Below, piece after piece: positions 1-15,894 of a stretch of DNA of 64,000 bases. The stretch lies in assembly GCF_009914755.1 (NCBI RefSeq), contig NC_060927.1; one strand, 5' to 3'. The notes beneath the pieces are model-generated. The model was given only the letters and a program-made list of their open reading frames with translations, was not told the DNA's origin and did no database searches. A program made the position numbers and the translations under genes. This stretch comes from the human T2T-CHM13v2.0 reference genome, Homo sapiens. Within the stretch, counting starts at the first letter, position 1. The number at the start of each line of letters is the position of its first letter.

Positions 1-559
1 GATTGTAAGTCTCACCTGCTGATGAAGATAAGAAATAAATTTATTATTTACAAAATTGTCCAAGTTGAGAAATATGTGGCTGGTGCTAAAAACAGTAAGT
101 TGACTAAGAAATGAGAAGGAGAACAAAGAAGAGATAAAGTGAGTGTGGAGAGACAAAGCAACAGTTTGAACAAGTATTTCCTTTGCTGCCTTGCTTCATT
201 AGAGCGAGTGTACTTTGAGGATATACTTAACCAGACGGATAAGCAACAGTATTTTATCCAGGACAATTTTACCATATGATAAATATCCTGTAATGTATAC
301 ATTGGGAAAACTAATAAAAGGAATAAGGCATACCTGCAGTTTTAAAACAGGAGTATATTATGAAAGTGTCCTAAAACTTTTGTAAAACATTGAACTTCTG
401 GTTTCCACTTAGGATGTAAACATTACTCCCACCTTTGCGACAAGCAAGAAAGAAAACAAACCACCAAATAATCTTCAAATTTGTAATGTTTCTAAAATTC
501 ATCAAAGAGCTAAAGTTGCAGGGAAACCTGAAATCAAAGATAAGCATATCCAAAAAGAG

Positions 560-2370
<1,811 letters not shown>

Positions 2371-2374
2371 TATG

Positions 2375-2903
2375 TTAAACAGGAAGATTCTTATAGATTA
2401 TCTGCGTAGGCTCAATCTAATCATGTCTCCTTAAAAGCAGAGAACTTTCTCTGGCTGCAAGCAGGAGATATGAAGCAGAAAGGACGTCAGAGAGATTCAA
2501 AGCGTGCAAAAGATTCAACCCATAAGTGCGGACTTTGAAGATGAAGGAAGGGAACCACATGACAAGAAATGTTGGTGGACTCTAGAAGCTGAAAATGACT
2601 TCCAGCCAATAGTCAGCAAGGAAAGAGGGTCCTCATTTAATGACCAGGTGAAACTTACTTCTGCAAAGAACCTGAATGAGCCTGGAAGTGGATTCTCACC
2701 CTCTGGCCCTCACAACACCCCACCCTCCAGATAAGAGCCCATGCCAGCTGACACTTTCATTTCAGTCTTGTAAGACTTGGAGCAGAGAAACTAGCAAAGC
2801 CCACCCAGACTTCTGACCTACAGAGCTGTAAGATAATAAATTTGTGTTGTTTTAAACTGCTAGGTTGGTGGTAATTTGTCATGGCTGCAATAGAAAACTA
2901 ATA
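2375..2903 (+). mobile_element. MaLR LTR (MLT1D/E-like)
   Basis: Typical MLT1 3' end: gacttctgacctacagagctgtaagataataaatttgtgttgttttaaactgcta...gcaatagaaaactaata. Confidence 0.8.
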
Positions 2904-3619
2904 AAGTGTCTTTACATCAGACAACTCAAAGGCAGACTTTATAAATAGTAAGGCACAACAAAGGCAGCCCTAGTACCAACTAGGCTAAAGAAAGAAGTTG
3001 CTGGGGCCTGATTTCAGGCACTGAAATACTATCCCCAAATATACCTCACCCCAGCTGCTCACTATCACGCTTGAATTTCCAATTTTAAATCACAGTGTCA
3101 ATTTTAGAGACACAAGCTACCTGTGTTAATAACAAACAGAAAATTAGCAAGAAATGCTCTCTCCCCGGGCTCAGGTAGAAATCACACACTTAGGAAGTGA
3201 AGGCTCACTGCAGAGTGGAGTGAGGTTGACCGCAATAAACCCTATTCAAAAGATTGAGAAATGAAATGATCCCCCATTTAGAAAGAAATGACAGCATGAG
3301 AGGGATGGTCAGACACAACAGTTGATGGGATACCAGTGAGAACATAATATGGGCAAAGGAGAAGAAAACTTATCCTAATTCATAATTAGAGCTACATCAA
3401 GTTATGAACCCAGATCCAGATATTATTACTGCTACTATGATGCAAAAAGTCACACTCTTGTTGGGCAAGATTCCATGTGTTATAAAAATTGAACTTTCTA
3501 TTAAGACATTCCTATGTAAGTCGGCCATAAAATTACCTTCAATAAATCTGTTCCACTTCCAAAGGATCCCACTCTTTAACCACAGCCTCTTCTTGCTTGT
3601 TAAACTACTTTCACCACAC

Positions 3620-5800
3620 TCTTAGACATCATTGAAAAATAGCCTTCATGGATGTTTTTTACTTCCTCCCAAACTAGCAGCCTCTTCCATGGTACATAAT
3701 TAGATTCCATGGCCCATCACTGCAATAATATTCTTGCCAAACCTCCAAACGCTTAGCTTACTTTTTTCCTGTTACATCCTTCTGGAGATATCTCAACTGT
3801 GGATGAGCCCAACAATCTCCTTTCATGGCACCTGGCTCCAAGTGGCAAAATCTACTAGAGAACATCAAATAGTAGGGTAGATGGTATAAGTATAAATTCA
3901 TGGTCACTAATCTCAAGTGGGTCCTCATTCCTCTTGCCAAATCATTCTCATCTTCTCCCATAACTTGTCAAGTTTTAGCCCTTTCTTCTGACTTCTGTCT
4001 CCTCACTTGGCAGACTCTCTCTTCAACAGAAAATTGAAGTCACTGGACAGAAACTCCCTCAAATCCCCACTTTTGAACCTATAAACCTGTCTACGTCAGC
4101 ACCCATCCCTCTCCTTTCTTGTTCTGCATAACAGGAATTGTCTGTCCCTTTATCTAATTACTCTGTCTATACTCTACATCTTATTCATTCTCCTTTTTTC
4201 CTTAGGAAAATTGCACTATTCCATGAATTTCTTTCAACTTGGTCCTCATCTTTGACAATTTAAACACTCAAATCTCGCTTATCTTAAAAAACAACAGTAA
4301 CAAAACATTGTCCTCATCTGACCTTACATTCTCTTTCAGCTCTTGCTCCCTCTTCTCTCCTTCTATTTCCTTCTCTCTTCAGTCCACTATGAAATAGCTT
4401 CTGTGTCAATTACACAAACAAAACACTCTCTGTAAGGTCAGCAGTGACTTCACTAGATTCACTAGATACTGTTCATTTTACTTAAAGATTAGCATTTGAC
4501 ACTTTTGATCACACCCTCCTTCTTCAAATATTCTCCCACTTCTCTGACTGGTCCTTTCTGTCTCTCCATAAGCTCAAACTCATCTACCTGGTCATTATAT
4601 ACTGGAGGACCTTGGGGCTCATTCTGAAACATTTTTTGGTGATTGCATTGATTTTCGTGACTTGAACTATCACTTACACACTGACAGCTCCTGAATTTGT
4701 AGCCCTAGTGCAGACCTCATCCCTGAGTTCTAGACTCTTATAGGAAACAGCCTACTCAGCACCATTCACTAAGAAGTCTCAAAGGCACCTCAGACTCACT
4801 AAGTCTAACACTGAAGCCATAATTTTTGGCCCTACATCTGACTCTTTTCTAGTACAGGAAATAACCATCACTCATGTAGTGATGCTGAAAACTAACCAGT
4901 GGTAATACTTATTCTGGGTCAAGTACTGTACATATATGTTAACCCATTTAATCTTCATTATAGCTATGATGTGGCTACTAGTATCATCTCCACCTCCATT
5001 TCCAAGATGAGAAATGGAGGCATACAGTGGTTAAGCAATCGGCCCAAGATCACACCATTACTAAGTGGCAGGGTTGAGATTTGAACAAAGGCAAAGTTAT
5101 GATTCACATTCTCAATGACTACATTTTTTCAATGCTCACTGTATGTGTAGGCTAGAAACCCAGGAGTCATTTTTGATGCTTTCTTCTTTCCTCCTCAAAT
5201 ATCTGATTGTCAAATCTGTATATTTTCACTTTCTTAATATCTTACAAATTTATTCCTTTTTTACTTATCACCACTAAATTACCACTAATAAGCATTAGTA
5301 GTCCAAGCCACCACCATCTCTTACTTCAGCTACTACGATAGACTCTACACTGGTAACCAGAGATGTCTTTTTATAATATAATTCAGAACATATAGCTCAC
5401 GCTTAGGACATTTCAACAGTTTCCATTGTTCCCAGATGGCGACTAATAATTTCGATGTAGTTGACCCTCCAATGTATGTTAGCCCCTGTTTCTCTTTCTC
5501 TCCAGGTTCATCTCTAAGCCCTCTCTGCCTAGTTGCTGTGCTCCAGTCGCACTGGCCAGCTGTTATTTCCATCCACTTACCTGCTCCATCCACAGTAGGG
5601 TGTCTGCTCAGAGCTGGTCTCTCTCCTAGGGAGGCTCTGATTTCACTCCCATGAAGCCATTCACTAACCAGCCCTGAAAGTCCTCAGTTAGTTAACACTC
5701 ACTCATCCTTCAGACTTGACTCAAGAGTTCCTTTCTTATAAAAGCCTCCTCTGACATCCCAGGCTAGAGATGGTTTCTCTGTTTTTAGCCCTCCTTTACA
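3620..5800 (+). mobile_element. L2 LINE remnant (ORF2 to 3' region), interrupted by MIR; 3' tail resumes at about 6432-6570 after LTR9
   Basis: Pyrimidine-rich L2 motifs (ctcaaaggcacctcagactcac, ctagaaacccaggagtcatttttgatg, cactcatccttcagac; ctagaatgtaagct after the LTR). Confidence 0.7.
4900..5125 (-). mobile_element. MIR SINE
   Basis: MIR core: ccatttccaagatgagaaatggaggcatacagtggttaagcaatcggcccaagatcacac. Confidence 0.75.
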
Positions 5801-5843
5801 AAGAACATTCATCTTAGTTTACATTATTCATTTAGTATACTAT

Positions 5844-6427
5844 TAATACAGGAGTTAAGAAGAAATCACTTAGGCAGATAGTAAGGGTATGGGAGTCCTC
5901 GGTAAGACTTTTCTTTTTGATGAGAAGCAGCCCCAAGTCGTTTTGTAGCAAAAAGGAGCCTGCAAGGTGGGATCTTGCAAGGGTGAATGCTAGCAGGAAC
6001 TAGGGTCTAGACATGTTCAAGATGGCGGCTCCATCTTCCCTTTCTTTGTCAGCCACTTGTATGGTAAAGAGCAGACAAGATGGCACCAATCAACTGGAAA
6101 GTCCATTTGCATAATAAGATTAGGGGTTGGGGGACCAGCCTTCTTTGGGCACTATGTAAATGTCATACCTGATCAAACTAATATGTGAGCCCTCCATAAA
6201 TCAGACACCACTTCCTCAAATTGGACTATAAATTCCGGGGCATCCGCCGCCAGCCGGTCCTTTCTGCTCAGAGACCTCTCTCTCTATGGAGAGCGCTGTT
6301 GTTCTTTTTCTTCTCTTCTGCCTATTAAACCTCTGCTCCTAAACTTGTGTGTGTCCCATGTCCTAAATTTTCCTGGCATGCAACAACGAACTCCAGGGTA
6401 TAGACACCAGACAACGTAGCCACTTCA
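5844..6427 (+). mobile_element. Solo ERV1 LTR, LTR9/LTR9B-like
   Basis: Starts TAATACAGGAGTTAAGAAGAAATCACTTAGGCAGATAG and ends ...GCCACTTCA. 4-bp TSD CTAT (5840-5843, 6428-6431). Contains a TATA-like TATAAA and an ATTAAA poly(A) signal. Confidence 0.75.
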
Positions 6428-8204
6428 CTATTATGTGTTTAACATCTTTTTGCCTCGCTAGAATGTAAGCTACCTGAAGGCACAATTGTCCATTTTTCTT
6501 CACTTCAGTATTTCTAATGCATGGGTCCTGGCCCACAAGAGGCACCCAACAGCCCAGAAATCTCAATTAACCAAATAGCATCCTAGCAAACTTCCACAAG
6601 TTGGTCCTAGGGGGTAAAATTCTATAGACAAAAATTTTGGCATCCTCCTATTTCTAATTTCTGCATATTTTCCCCAAATTCTGGCTTCTGCCCTCACTGG
6701 TTGTACCAGCCTCTCTTCTTTAAAGCTTTGATTGGTTAGCCATCACACTGGAAAATATCTGAAGAGCTAGTTCCTATTAAAGTGTAAAGACTCATAAAGA
6801 ATGAAGAAGTTTCTTATGTCATGATAAATTTTTGTATTAATAAGGAAACCCAAACTGCATTATTTAAGTTCTAATAGTATAAGTGCAGTGATCAGAGATA
6901 ACTTTGGAGTGGAGCCTTCTTATTGGTCGTTTGCTGCTCCCTTTCCATACCCAACTCTCCTTCCACACATAAGCCAACTCTTTTCAGTAAGAGTTCAAAC
7001 CTTGGACATCTGATCTAGCAGAATCATGAATCTAAGGTAAATCCACATGAGGGGCCATGACCCTAACTCATCTCAAATGCCATCTTTTTCAAGTCCCATT
7101 TGCCTCAAGGACTAAGAAAATTTAGAAACCTTATGGATATAGTGACAAAATTCTGGGCCATTCAAACCATTAAACATTCCAGTTTATTTAAATATCAGGG
7201 TTCATAAAAGAAAATCAACTCTATAGTTTTAACAGATGCCCTCCAGAATGGCCAATTATTGCTAAACCAAAGTACATCCTATTAAATTTGTTACAGCAAT
7301 GATGTGAAAACATGGAAAGCCTTTATTCTGAATAAAACAAAAAAAAAAAACAGAGGAAGTATTCAATTAACCATCAGAAGGGGTTTTAGTAAGGAAAGGA
7401 CTGAGTTTATACATCATTAATTTAAAATAAATTTATTGAGAAACTTCCGTGTACCAGGCATTAATCTGGGTGCTCTGAAGAATGGAATCATGGTGTGTTA
7501 ATGGTGGCCTTGGGGATTGTAACAGATGTGTGTGTGTGTTAGTGTGTTAGTGTGTGGTGGTGTGTTGGTGGTGGCCTTGGGGATCGTAACAGATGAGGTC
7601 AGCAGAAGCCAGATTGTGACGTGATTTGCCAAAATGCCACAGCTGGGGATAAAACAAAATCCTTGTCCTCAGCCTGCTCAATTCATGTTTTAGATGATTT
7701 TTACAAAGGATAAAATGTCCATTATTTGGACATTTGATCCAATAATGATCTTTCCATTATTGTAGAAAGATGTGAAAAGCATGAATGCTTTAAGGGAGGA
7801 CTTCAACCAAGGGCAAAGATGGGCCCCAAACAGTCCATGAATCAGGCCCAGTTCTGTGACTAGCTTAGGTTTCCTCCTACTTTGATCCTAGGAGACCTAC
7901 ATGAAAGCACGATCGACTTCATAAGCCTGAGAATGTCTCTGTTCTCTAACCTGAAGTGGTCACATTGGATTCATAACACTAATTGTTTCCATAGTGCACA
8001 GCTGTTATGTTGAAAATAGAAAACCATGACTTCATGTGTGGACTATGAATACAGGCAAGAGCTCTGTTATCAATAAACCCAGTTTCTCTAATTTGATCAT
8101 CTAGCTAACAGGGTAAGACCTTCATCCATCACCTTAGCTTTTGCCAACTTTTCTCTGGTGAAGTGAAGGAAGTGAGGCAATGCTATCTCTGAATTTCATG
8201 ACCC

Positions 8205-8353
8205 AAAAGGCAAACTATGGCCCATGGGCCAAATCCAGTCCACCACCTGTTTTTGTAAAAACAGCAGAGTTGAGTATGACACGTACCATATGGCCCACAA
8301 AGCCTAATGTATTTACTATCCAGTCTTTTACAGAAAAATTTTGCTGACCCCTG
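8205..8353 (+). mobile_element. MER58A hAT-Charlie MITE, internally deleted
   Basis: ggcaaactatggcccatgggccaaatcc...ttttacagaaaaattttgctgacccctg. Confidence 0.75.
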
Positions 8354-8814
8354 CTTGAAAGTAAAATAGTGAAACAGCAACAAAATGTAAGCAGATTCTC
8401 CATCGGCACAAGGGTGTATTGCAAATGAGAAGTTAAGGTGGTTTGTAAAATATAGTTTCTTACTTCATTAAATATATGAATTACAGCAAAGATTAAATTA
8501 TAGGAATTTAAAACATGTAAAGATTCAAAATACCTCCCCTGATCCATCACACATGAAACAGATTAATGTGAGAATGTCCTTCTTCTTCTTCTAGACATAA
8601 AGTATTATTTGAGATGTCAGGATTGATGGCTGTGAATTCATGATTATGTCCCTAGGAGACTACATGCTACATCTCTGTACCACACCCCCATGATGAGCAT
8701 AGAGTCCTACACCAAAGAACTTCACCACGTTATGTGTGCAATAAATTTTAAAGCGCTAGAATTTGTAAGGCTTTTTTTTTTTTCAAACTAAAGATGACTC
8801 AGATATGGGAGACT

Positions 8815-8955
8815 TATTGGCAGACCCAGGTCTGTTTTTGATTAGCAGTGTAATCATGGTTAATTGACTTAATGTTCCTAAATCTCAATTTTCTCATCTG
8901 TGAAGGGAAAGGCTTGAACTGTATACCCTCTGGGGTTTTGGTCTCTGAATTCTGA
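8815..8955 (+). mobile_element. MIR fragment
   Basis: gacttaatgttcctaaatctcaattttctcatctgtgaa MIR core. Confidence 0.55.
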
Positions 8956-9050
8956 CTAATAAAGGTAAATCTTGTTGGATTCCTATCAATTCCAAGTGAC
9001 AGCTCAAGTTTTGCTACCTTAAAATTTTGTTAAATCAAATATTATTTGAG

Positions 9051-9417
<367 letters not shown>

Positions 9418-10509
9418 TTACAAAGAACAATTTAACTTGTGAATATGCAATAAAAATTATTCCAATTTTATGGTGATTTGCTCATGCCTCTTTGTAATAT
9501 TCTGATTTCAATCAATTCAAAAACAATTCAATAAGGTAGAATAATTACAACTAACTTGACCTTTAAGTTTTACTATATTAGTCTAGGAATAGAAATGCCC
9601 CAATGAACATTTTATAAAAGGTACAATTTTAATCTGCAAATAGACAATAGTTTTCAGATCAGCCTCATCTTCATAAAAATATACATTCATTCCTGCTCAC
9701 AAGGGGCACAGAAAAAGAAAAAAAATGAAAAAACAATGCATGCCTATGTGAAACAACTGTAGTTACTTAGGTCAGTAGCCACACTGCCTTTTTAAATTCA
9801 CTGAAATGACTGAGATTAGGAGGGGGCCAACCATCAGATGGTTGAAACTGACATCAAAATGGGGCTATGTGATATTAGAGGACACAGGCAAGACTGCCAT
9901 GGACGAGCCTGGGGAGTTCTAATAGAACAATCTGGCCATACCTGCCCCATATTCTGTATATGATTGAAGTTACTTTCAGCCTTTTATTCTATTACTATAA
10001 TATACAGCTTTGAATCCCAAAATCCTGTTAAGAAAAACAAATCCTGAATGATCCATTTCAGAAATTTCAAATATGTATATATATTTTTCCTAAGGGGAAT
10101 AAAATGCCAAGGAAGGAATTTCATGGATTAAAAATCTCTTTTAAAGCACTTGGAAAGAGAACAGGGATAATCCAATTTGTACACTTTTTTCACTTTATTA
10201 TTCTCTTGCATAATAAGAAATGTATACAGCTATACAAGAAATACATAGTATTTTGCCACCTATGTTACCTAGTTTTATTTTAATTGTGATTTTGGTGTAA
10301 TCAAATAGGAAAGTGAAAACTCAGATCTTAAAAACCATCTCACAAAATTAAAGGTAATCATTTAATCCATAGTGTGTGGTCAAGTTGAAATCTTGGTCTG
10401 TATCTTGGTCTGTATCTTTTAAACTGAAAAGTAACTTGAAGATTATTTGGGGCTCTCTTAAGTGACAGCTATTTACAACAAAATTTTATGTTGTTGATTT
10501 TTTAGTGTA

Positions 10510-10743
10510 CTTTTTTTCATTTCTTTTTATTTATTGTACTTTAAGTTCTGGGATATGTGCGCAGAACGTGCGGGTTTGTTACATAGGTATACACGTGCTA
10601 TGGTGGTTTGCTGCACCCATCAACCCGTCATCTGCATTAAGTATTTCTCCTAATGCTATCCCTCCCCTAGCCCCCCACCCACTGACAGGCCTCAGTGTGT
10701 GATGTTCCCCTTCCTGTGTCCATATGTTCTCATTGTTCAACTC
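10510..10743 (-). mobile_element. 5'-truncated L1PA 3' end (L1PA7/8-like)
   Basis: T-rich tail followed by tactttaagttctgggata...ggtttgttacataggtatacacgtg...ctcattgttcaactc. Confidence 0.9.
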
Positions 10744-11064
10744 ATAATTTGCTGTCTTAAAAAAAAGTACAGATTATTCTTTGAATGGCAGTTTCTCCTG
10801 CAGGCCTGGGCCCTTTGGGATTTGCTGAGCTTTTTCAAACCTGTAGAAGGAGTAATCTGTTCACCAATAAGGTCAGTATTGCCTCATCTTACGCAGATCC
10901 AGTGTTTGATACAAAGGGCGGGGAAGCATAGACATGGTCTAAGTGATGCAAACCATGAAGCAAGAAAGTCACAGACTTGAATCAGAGCCAGGACTTCCAC
11001 ACATACAGCCTGCAGTAAGCCACAAGGCAATTCCCAAAGTGATCTTACATATGGAGTACAGCAT

Positions 11065-11225
11065 CCCAAATTTTAGAGATAGAGGAGAGTTTAGAGATTA
11101 TAGACCAAGCTCTTCATTTTAAAGCTGAGGCCAAGTGTGGTTAGATGACATATGTAGGGCTCTAGAGCTAGCCAGTGGCATTGCCAGAATTAGAACCCTG
11201 GACTCCTGCCTACCAATCCGGCCCC
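11065..11225 (-). mobile_element. MIR fragment
   Basis: cttcattttaaagctgaggcc...gccagaattagaaccctggactcctgcc. Confidence 0.6.
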
Positions 11226-14200
11226 ACATCAGGCATCCCCTGCTGCCTCATGCAAAAAAAGCAAGAGCCAAGTACTAAAGGGATGGGCTCGCCCAATAAA
11301 TGTGGCCAGCAGCAGATCCTTGACTCTGGATTTTATTATAAACTTGAAAAAAATTCTCCATCAATCACAAATAATAAATGCTATATACAGAACAGCATCT
11401 TGTTCCAAAAGTGTGCATTTGAAAAGAAAGGAGAAAAAAACCCTACACTATCTTTAAATCTCGAGGCATAGCTCTAAACAGATGGAAAAGCCAATCTACG
11501 TCATCAAGAAAAAAAATCATGTTTTTTTGAAAAGGAAGAATGACTTTTGCTGGAATAGAGTCAGGGTGGAGTAGGAAGAGTCCACATCTAAGAGTGTTAA
11601 CTCATTTTTTTGTAGACCATTTGCCAAGAGCCAGAGGAAATCCCCAATAATCTTAGCAGAGTAAAGCTTTTTTTTTTAAGGTTAGAGGAAAATGCATTAT
11701 ATACTTTTTTCCTGCTCATGTAAAGTTAGTCTTAATCAACAAGCTACACATATTCTACAAAGGAAATCATTATTAAATGGCCTTCATTTACAAATTTCAT
11801 GTTACATAGGAGTTACAGCATTTCTTTCAATAGAATATTCCCATGGGGCTACTCTCATAGGTACAGGTCTAGCCTAACCTTGGTCATTCCTCTAACTTCT
11901 TGCTGCAGCCTAAAATCTACTATAGTCACAGGCCTAGATGGCCTGTTTGGGTCTCTGTTATATTGTTAAAAAAGAAAGGGCACTCTTATCCATACGCATT
12001 CTCCTAAAGATCTTGAACTATAATGAGCAATTAATAAGTATTTGTTGAATGAACGACTGGTTTTTGATTTGAAGCAGAAATTAGGCTTCGTACTCCATAA
12101 CAATGCTCAGTGGTAAAATCAGAAGCATCAATTTGACTTTGAAATATATTGCTTTTGTTTCTGTGAAAAATGGAGCACCCCATTGGACACCTGGGGAAGT
12201 AGCTACAGTTCCTTCCAAAGGGAACACACTAAAAAATATGACAAAGTACATGATGCCCAACTCACAGGTATCCAGTTGCAGAATAATGTGACGTATAGAG
12301 ACATATGGACCCAGACTGGGATTTGGGGTCTTACCCTTGCCCCTCTCAAATACATAAAACAATTCAAGCAATTTTTATTAATTTGCTTGCTTTTGATCGC
12401 TCTAGAGAGTCCCAGACTCTCACATGGATAGACCTCACTCCTCTACTTGTGGGCCCTCAGGCTTGAGGAGGAGGACGAAAGGCGGTCAAGTGGCAGCACG
12501 AGTTCCTGGCTTGTTATTTCCTCCTCGCAGGGTAGTTCCACCAGGAGAGCAGCTCTGCAGCTTGTGCTGAAAGTTTTCTTCTGTCTTTGCAGCACCTGTT
12601 CTCCCTCTCCTTACAAGTGAGGGCTTCTGGAAATTTTCAAGTGCCCAAGAAGCATGGGAGGGCCATGAACTGCCACCTGTTAGTAACTGTTACTTCATCT
12701 CAGTATCCAAATGAAATGATTGGGCAGTGGTCTTCACAGCGGCCCATGTCACATGCTCCATGCCAAGAGTTGTTTTCCTTAAATCCTAATCAAAACTGAG
12801 TTACTCCAAGATGTACATCAAACAAAGAGTTCTTAAAGCTGCTTTCTTGGTAATTATAACTGTTTCAAGGAATTTTGGTGGCTGCTGATACCATTTTCTG
12901 GATTAAACATACAGCCTCTAAATATACAGCATTCCTCAGCATGCCTCGCAAGTGTCAGGCAAACATTTGTATTTCAGTTAGGAATTTCTGCAGTGAAGAC
13001 ATTGCTTGGTACATTTTCCAGGACCCAGTTGACATTTAAACAGAAGAGGTGACCACTTATTTGACAAGACTTTTAAGAGACATAGAAAGGATCTCATGAT
13101 TTAAGAAATTCTTCCATTATAATGCTACCTGGTGGTTGAAATCTTCCCATTAGAGAAGACAGGCCTGATTCTCTTGAATTAGGACTTTACATAAGCATCG
13201 GTAAATAAAAAGCAAGTGTTTCAAGAGAATAAGTATGGCAGATAATTTTCAAGAGTAGGCTAGCAGGAATGAGGCACTAACTAGGGATATTTTGACCAAG
13301 CATGGTGATGGGATAGTCTGGAGCTGACAGCATTATAAGGAGAAGGCAAGTTTGGAATGGGGCAAGATGAATCTTTAGATATTAGGGTCACCAGGTCCAG
13401 GATGGAGAACACAGGGTGGCCCCCAAAGACAAAACGTGCTTCCACTCTTCCACTTTTATGCTCACCACTTGTTCTAGAATTTTTCCCCTTAACTGTCAAA
13501 AATGCCTTACATGGGATTATATCCTACAATTGAAATCAAAGCAGCTGGTAAGCACAGAGCTTTATATGTGGTGGGTGTTTAATAGATGCTGATGGAAGTT
13601 GGATTTCATTCATCTGCTCATCAAGATGTGTTTTGCTCTTTGTCCCAGCAAAACCACAGCTTTTTAAAAGATCAGGATCAGGAACAAGGTCATTAAAAAT
13701 ATATTTTAAAATGGAAATTAAAACAGAAAGGAGGTGTGAGGATTCTTGCCAGTCCAATCAACATGCAGTTTCTCAGTGGAGGAATCACAGAAATGCGGGC
13801 TGAGAAGGGTGTGCCTTCCTAAAAAGGGGCAGGGAGAAGGGCAGCTGGGATGGAATGTCATCCTTCCCTTAAGCACTGGATTCTCACGAACACATATCTG
13901 CCACCTGGTAATTTCACCTCACTAGCTCCATGCATCAATGTATTTAGAATCTCTTTTTTATCATAAAGTTAGCATTGCCATTAAAACAACATCTGCATTA
14001 TATTTTAGAAATAAAACTTACATCATATAAATTAAAGTGAGATAATTGTGTGAAAGTGCTTTTTAAATTAAAAAGCAAAATCAAATTTTTATGTGAAAAA
14101 CCCCTCTGTACTGAAAGGGATCTGCAAATAAACTAGTGCTAGCAAATATTTATAAAGTACTTTTAAGATGTGAAAATTAATCTCTGGGCCAACAAGAGAA

Positions 14201-14611
14201 GTGATGGATGACCACTTAGTTTAAAAACGGTCCTACAGGCATCTGCAAATGTGCACTAAAACAACCAGGTTCCAACAAGCCCTTTCCCACTGTAAAGAAA
14301 CAATGGAGTTATTATTTTTGCCACTTAAGGCTCTCATCAAGATGTTATCTTCATAAGTTAATGCACATTTTTAAAAGTAAATAAACATTTCCATTAGGTT
14401 CTCCAGTTTCTCTAATTTGCTTATGGTGTTTGAGGCACAGAGAGTGAAGTATTTAAGTACTGAGATTGATTCATTTTTTTTTCCTGAATGTTTTGGATTT
14501 CTTAGCCCCTGGCTGGGGAAAACACCCATGCTAAAACAGCAATAACAGCATCACCACATCCTTTCACATCAACATGCATGATTTATCCTACGGAACAGAA
14601 GTAGCAAATAA

Positions 14612-15260
14612 CAGCCAAGCTTCATTATTTTGCAGATTCCACATTTGCAAATGTTTCTACTAATTAACATTGGTTTTTAATCCCAAAATTAATACACAAA
14701 GCATTTTCAGACTTATTTGTGGACATGTGAGGAATGGAGAAAAATCTGAGTCACCCAATGTGCATGTTCCTGGCTGAGGTTGAACAAGGTGATGCTCTGC
14801 CTTCTTGTTTCAGCTCTCAGACTGTAAACAAGTGTCCTTTTCACAGTTGACATAGCACCACACCTTTCCCATTTTTGTGCTTTTTGTTAGTGACTTCACT
14901 GTTTAAGCAGGCCCTAAGTGTGGTGCTGAAGGGCTGTCTGGAGTTTCTGAGCACAAGAAGGCTGTGATGTGCCTTATGGAGCAAAAATGTGAGTCAGATA
15001 AGCTTCATTCAGTAATGAGCTCTACTGCTGTTGGCCATGAATTCAATGTTAATGAATCAACAACGTGTATTAAGTAAGGCATCTTTAAACAGAAACACAC
15101 ATAAAACAAAGTTATGTACTGATCCATTGATGAAAATGTTGTGACCAGTGGCTCACAGGAATCCAACTCCATATTTCCCCATAGAAACAACGGTTTGGCT
15201 AATTTGGTGTTTCCAGCAACTTTATAAAACATTACTACTGCAAATAATGAGAATCGACTG
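14612..15260 (+). mobile_element. MER82 (TcMar-Tigger) near full length
   Basis: About 650 bp. Internal ctgaggttgaacaaggtgatgctctgccttcttgtttcagctc; right end aataatgagaatcgactg followed by TA. Confidence 0.85.
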
Positions 15261-15274
15261 TATTAAGCTCTGGG

Positions 15275-15395
15275 TTTTTTCAATGAGAAAAATAAGACCC
15301 ATGGAAGTTAAATTTTTTCTCCCAAGGTCACCTGTCCAGTTAGAAGCAGAGTAAGGGCTAAAACAGAGGAGTTTTGTTTCCAATCCAGTGATCAT
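15275..15395 (-). mobile_element. MIR fragment
   Basis: aatgagaaaaataagaccc...cccaaggtcacctg...agcagag. Confidence 0.55.
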
Positions 15396-15894
15396 TTTTC
15401 TGCTTCATTCCTTCTTTCACCAACACTTTCATTATGAATGAAGATAAGGGCAATAATTTCTGCATAACGTGAGATGCTCAGATTTAGCTAGCATTTTCTT
15501 CCCCAGAGCACTGTCTTTCAAAGTGTTTAAAGCAGGCTTAATTTGACTCTTGAAGCCTCAAATGGCAAAAACTATATGACAGTTCAATTTAAGTTATAGA
15601 ATTTTAATGTTTGGCTTACGATGACTCATGAATACAAGATATAGTCAGAACAGGAGACAAGACTAAACTTTTTTGAAAGTTCCCTCTGTGCCAGGCAAAT
15701 GTAGCCGATTTCCACATATTATCTCATCTGATAAGAAATTAGTATGAGTTTCAGCAAATTAATTTGCCTACTATTATACCTTTTAGACAAGATGCGGTTT
15801 CTAAGAAAATGGATCATACATTTTTTTAAAGAAATATGCCTAACAAGTATGCCTAACGAATAGAGATATGGACTCAAAACTTACCTGACTCTTT

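Noticed and set aside
10391-10418. 12-bp tandem duplication TCTTGGTCTGTA x2
   Set aside because: A common slippage micro-duplication with no sign of function.
12430-12600. Minus-strand open frame QVLQRQKKTF...RAHK as an extra ABI3BP exon
   Set aside because: No resemblance to ABI3BP as I recall it, ends in a stop, and has no convincing minus-strand acceptor.
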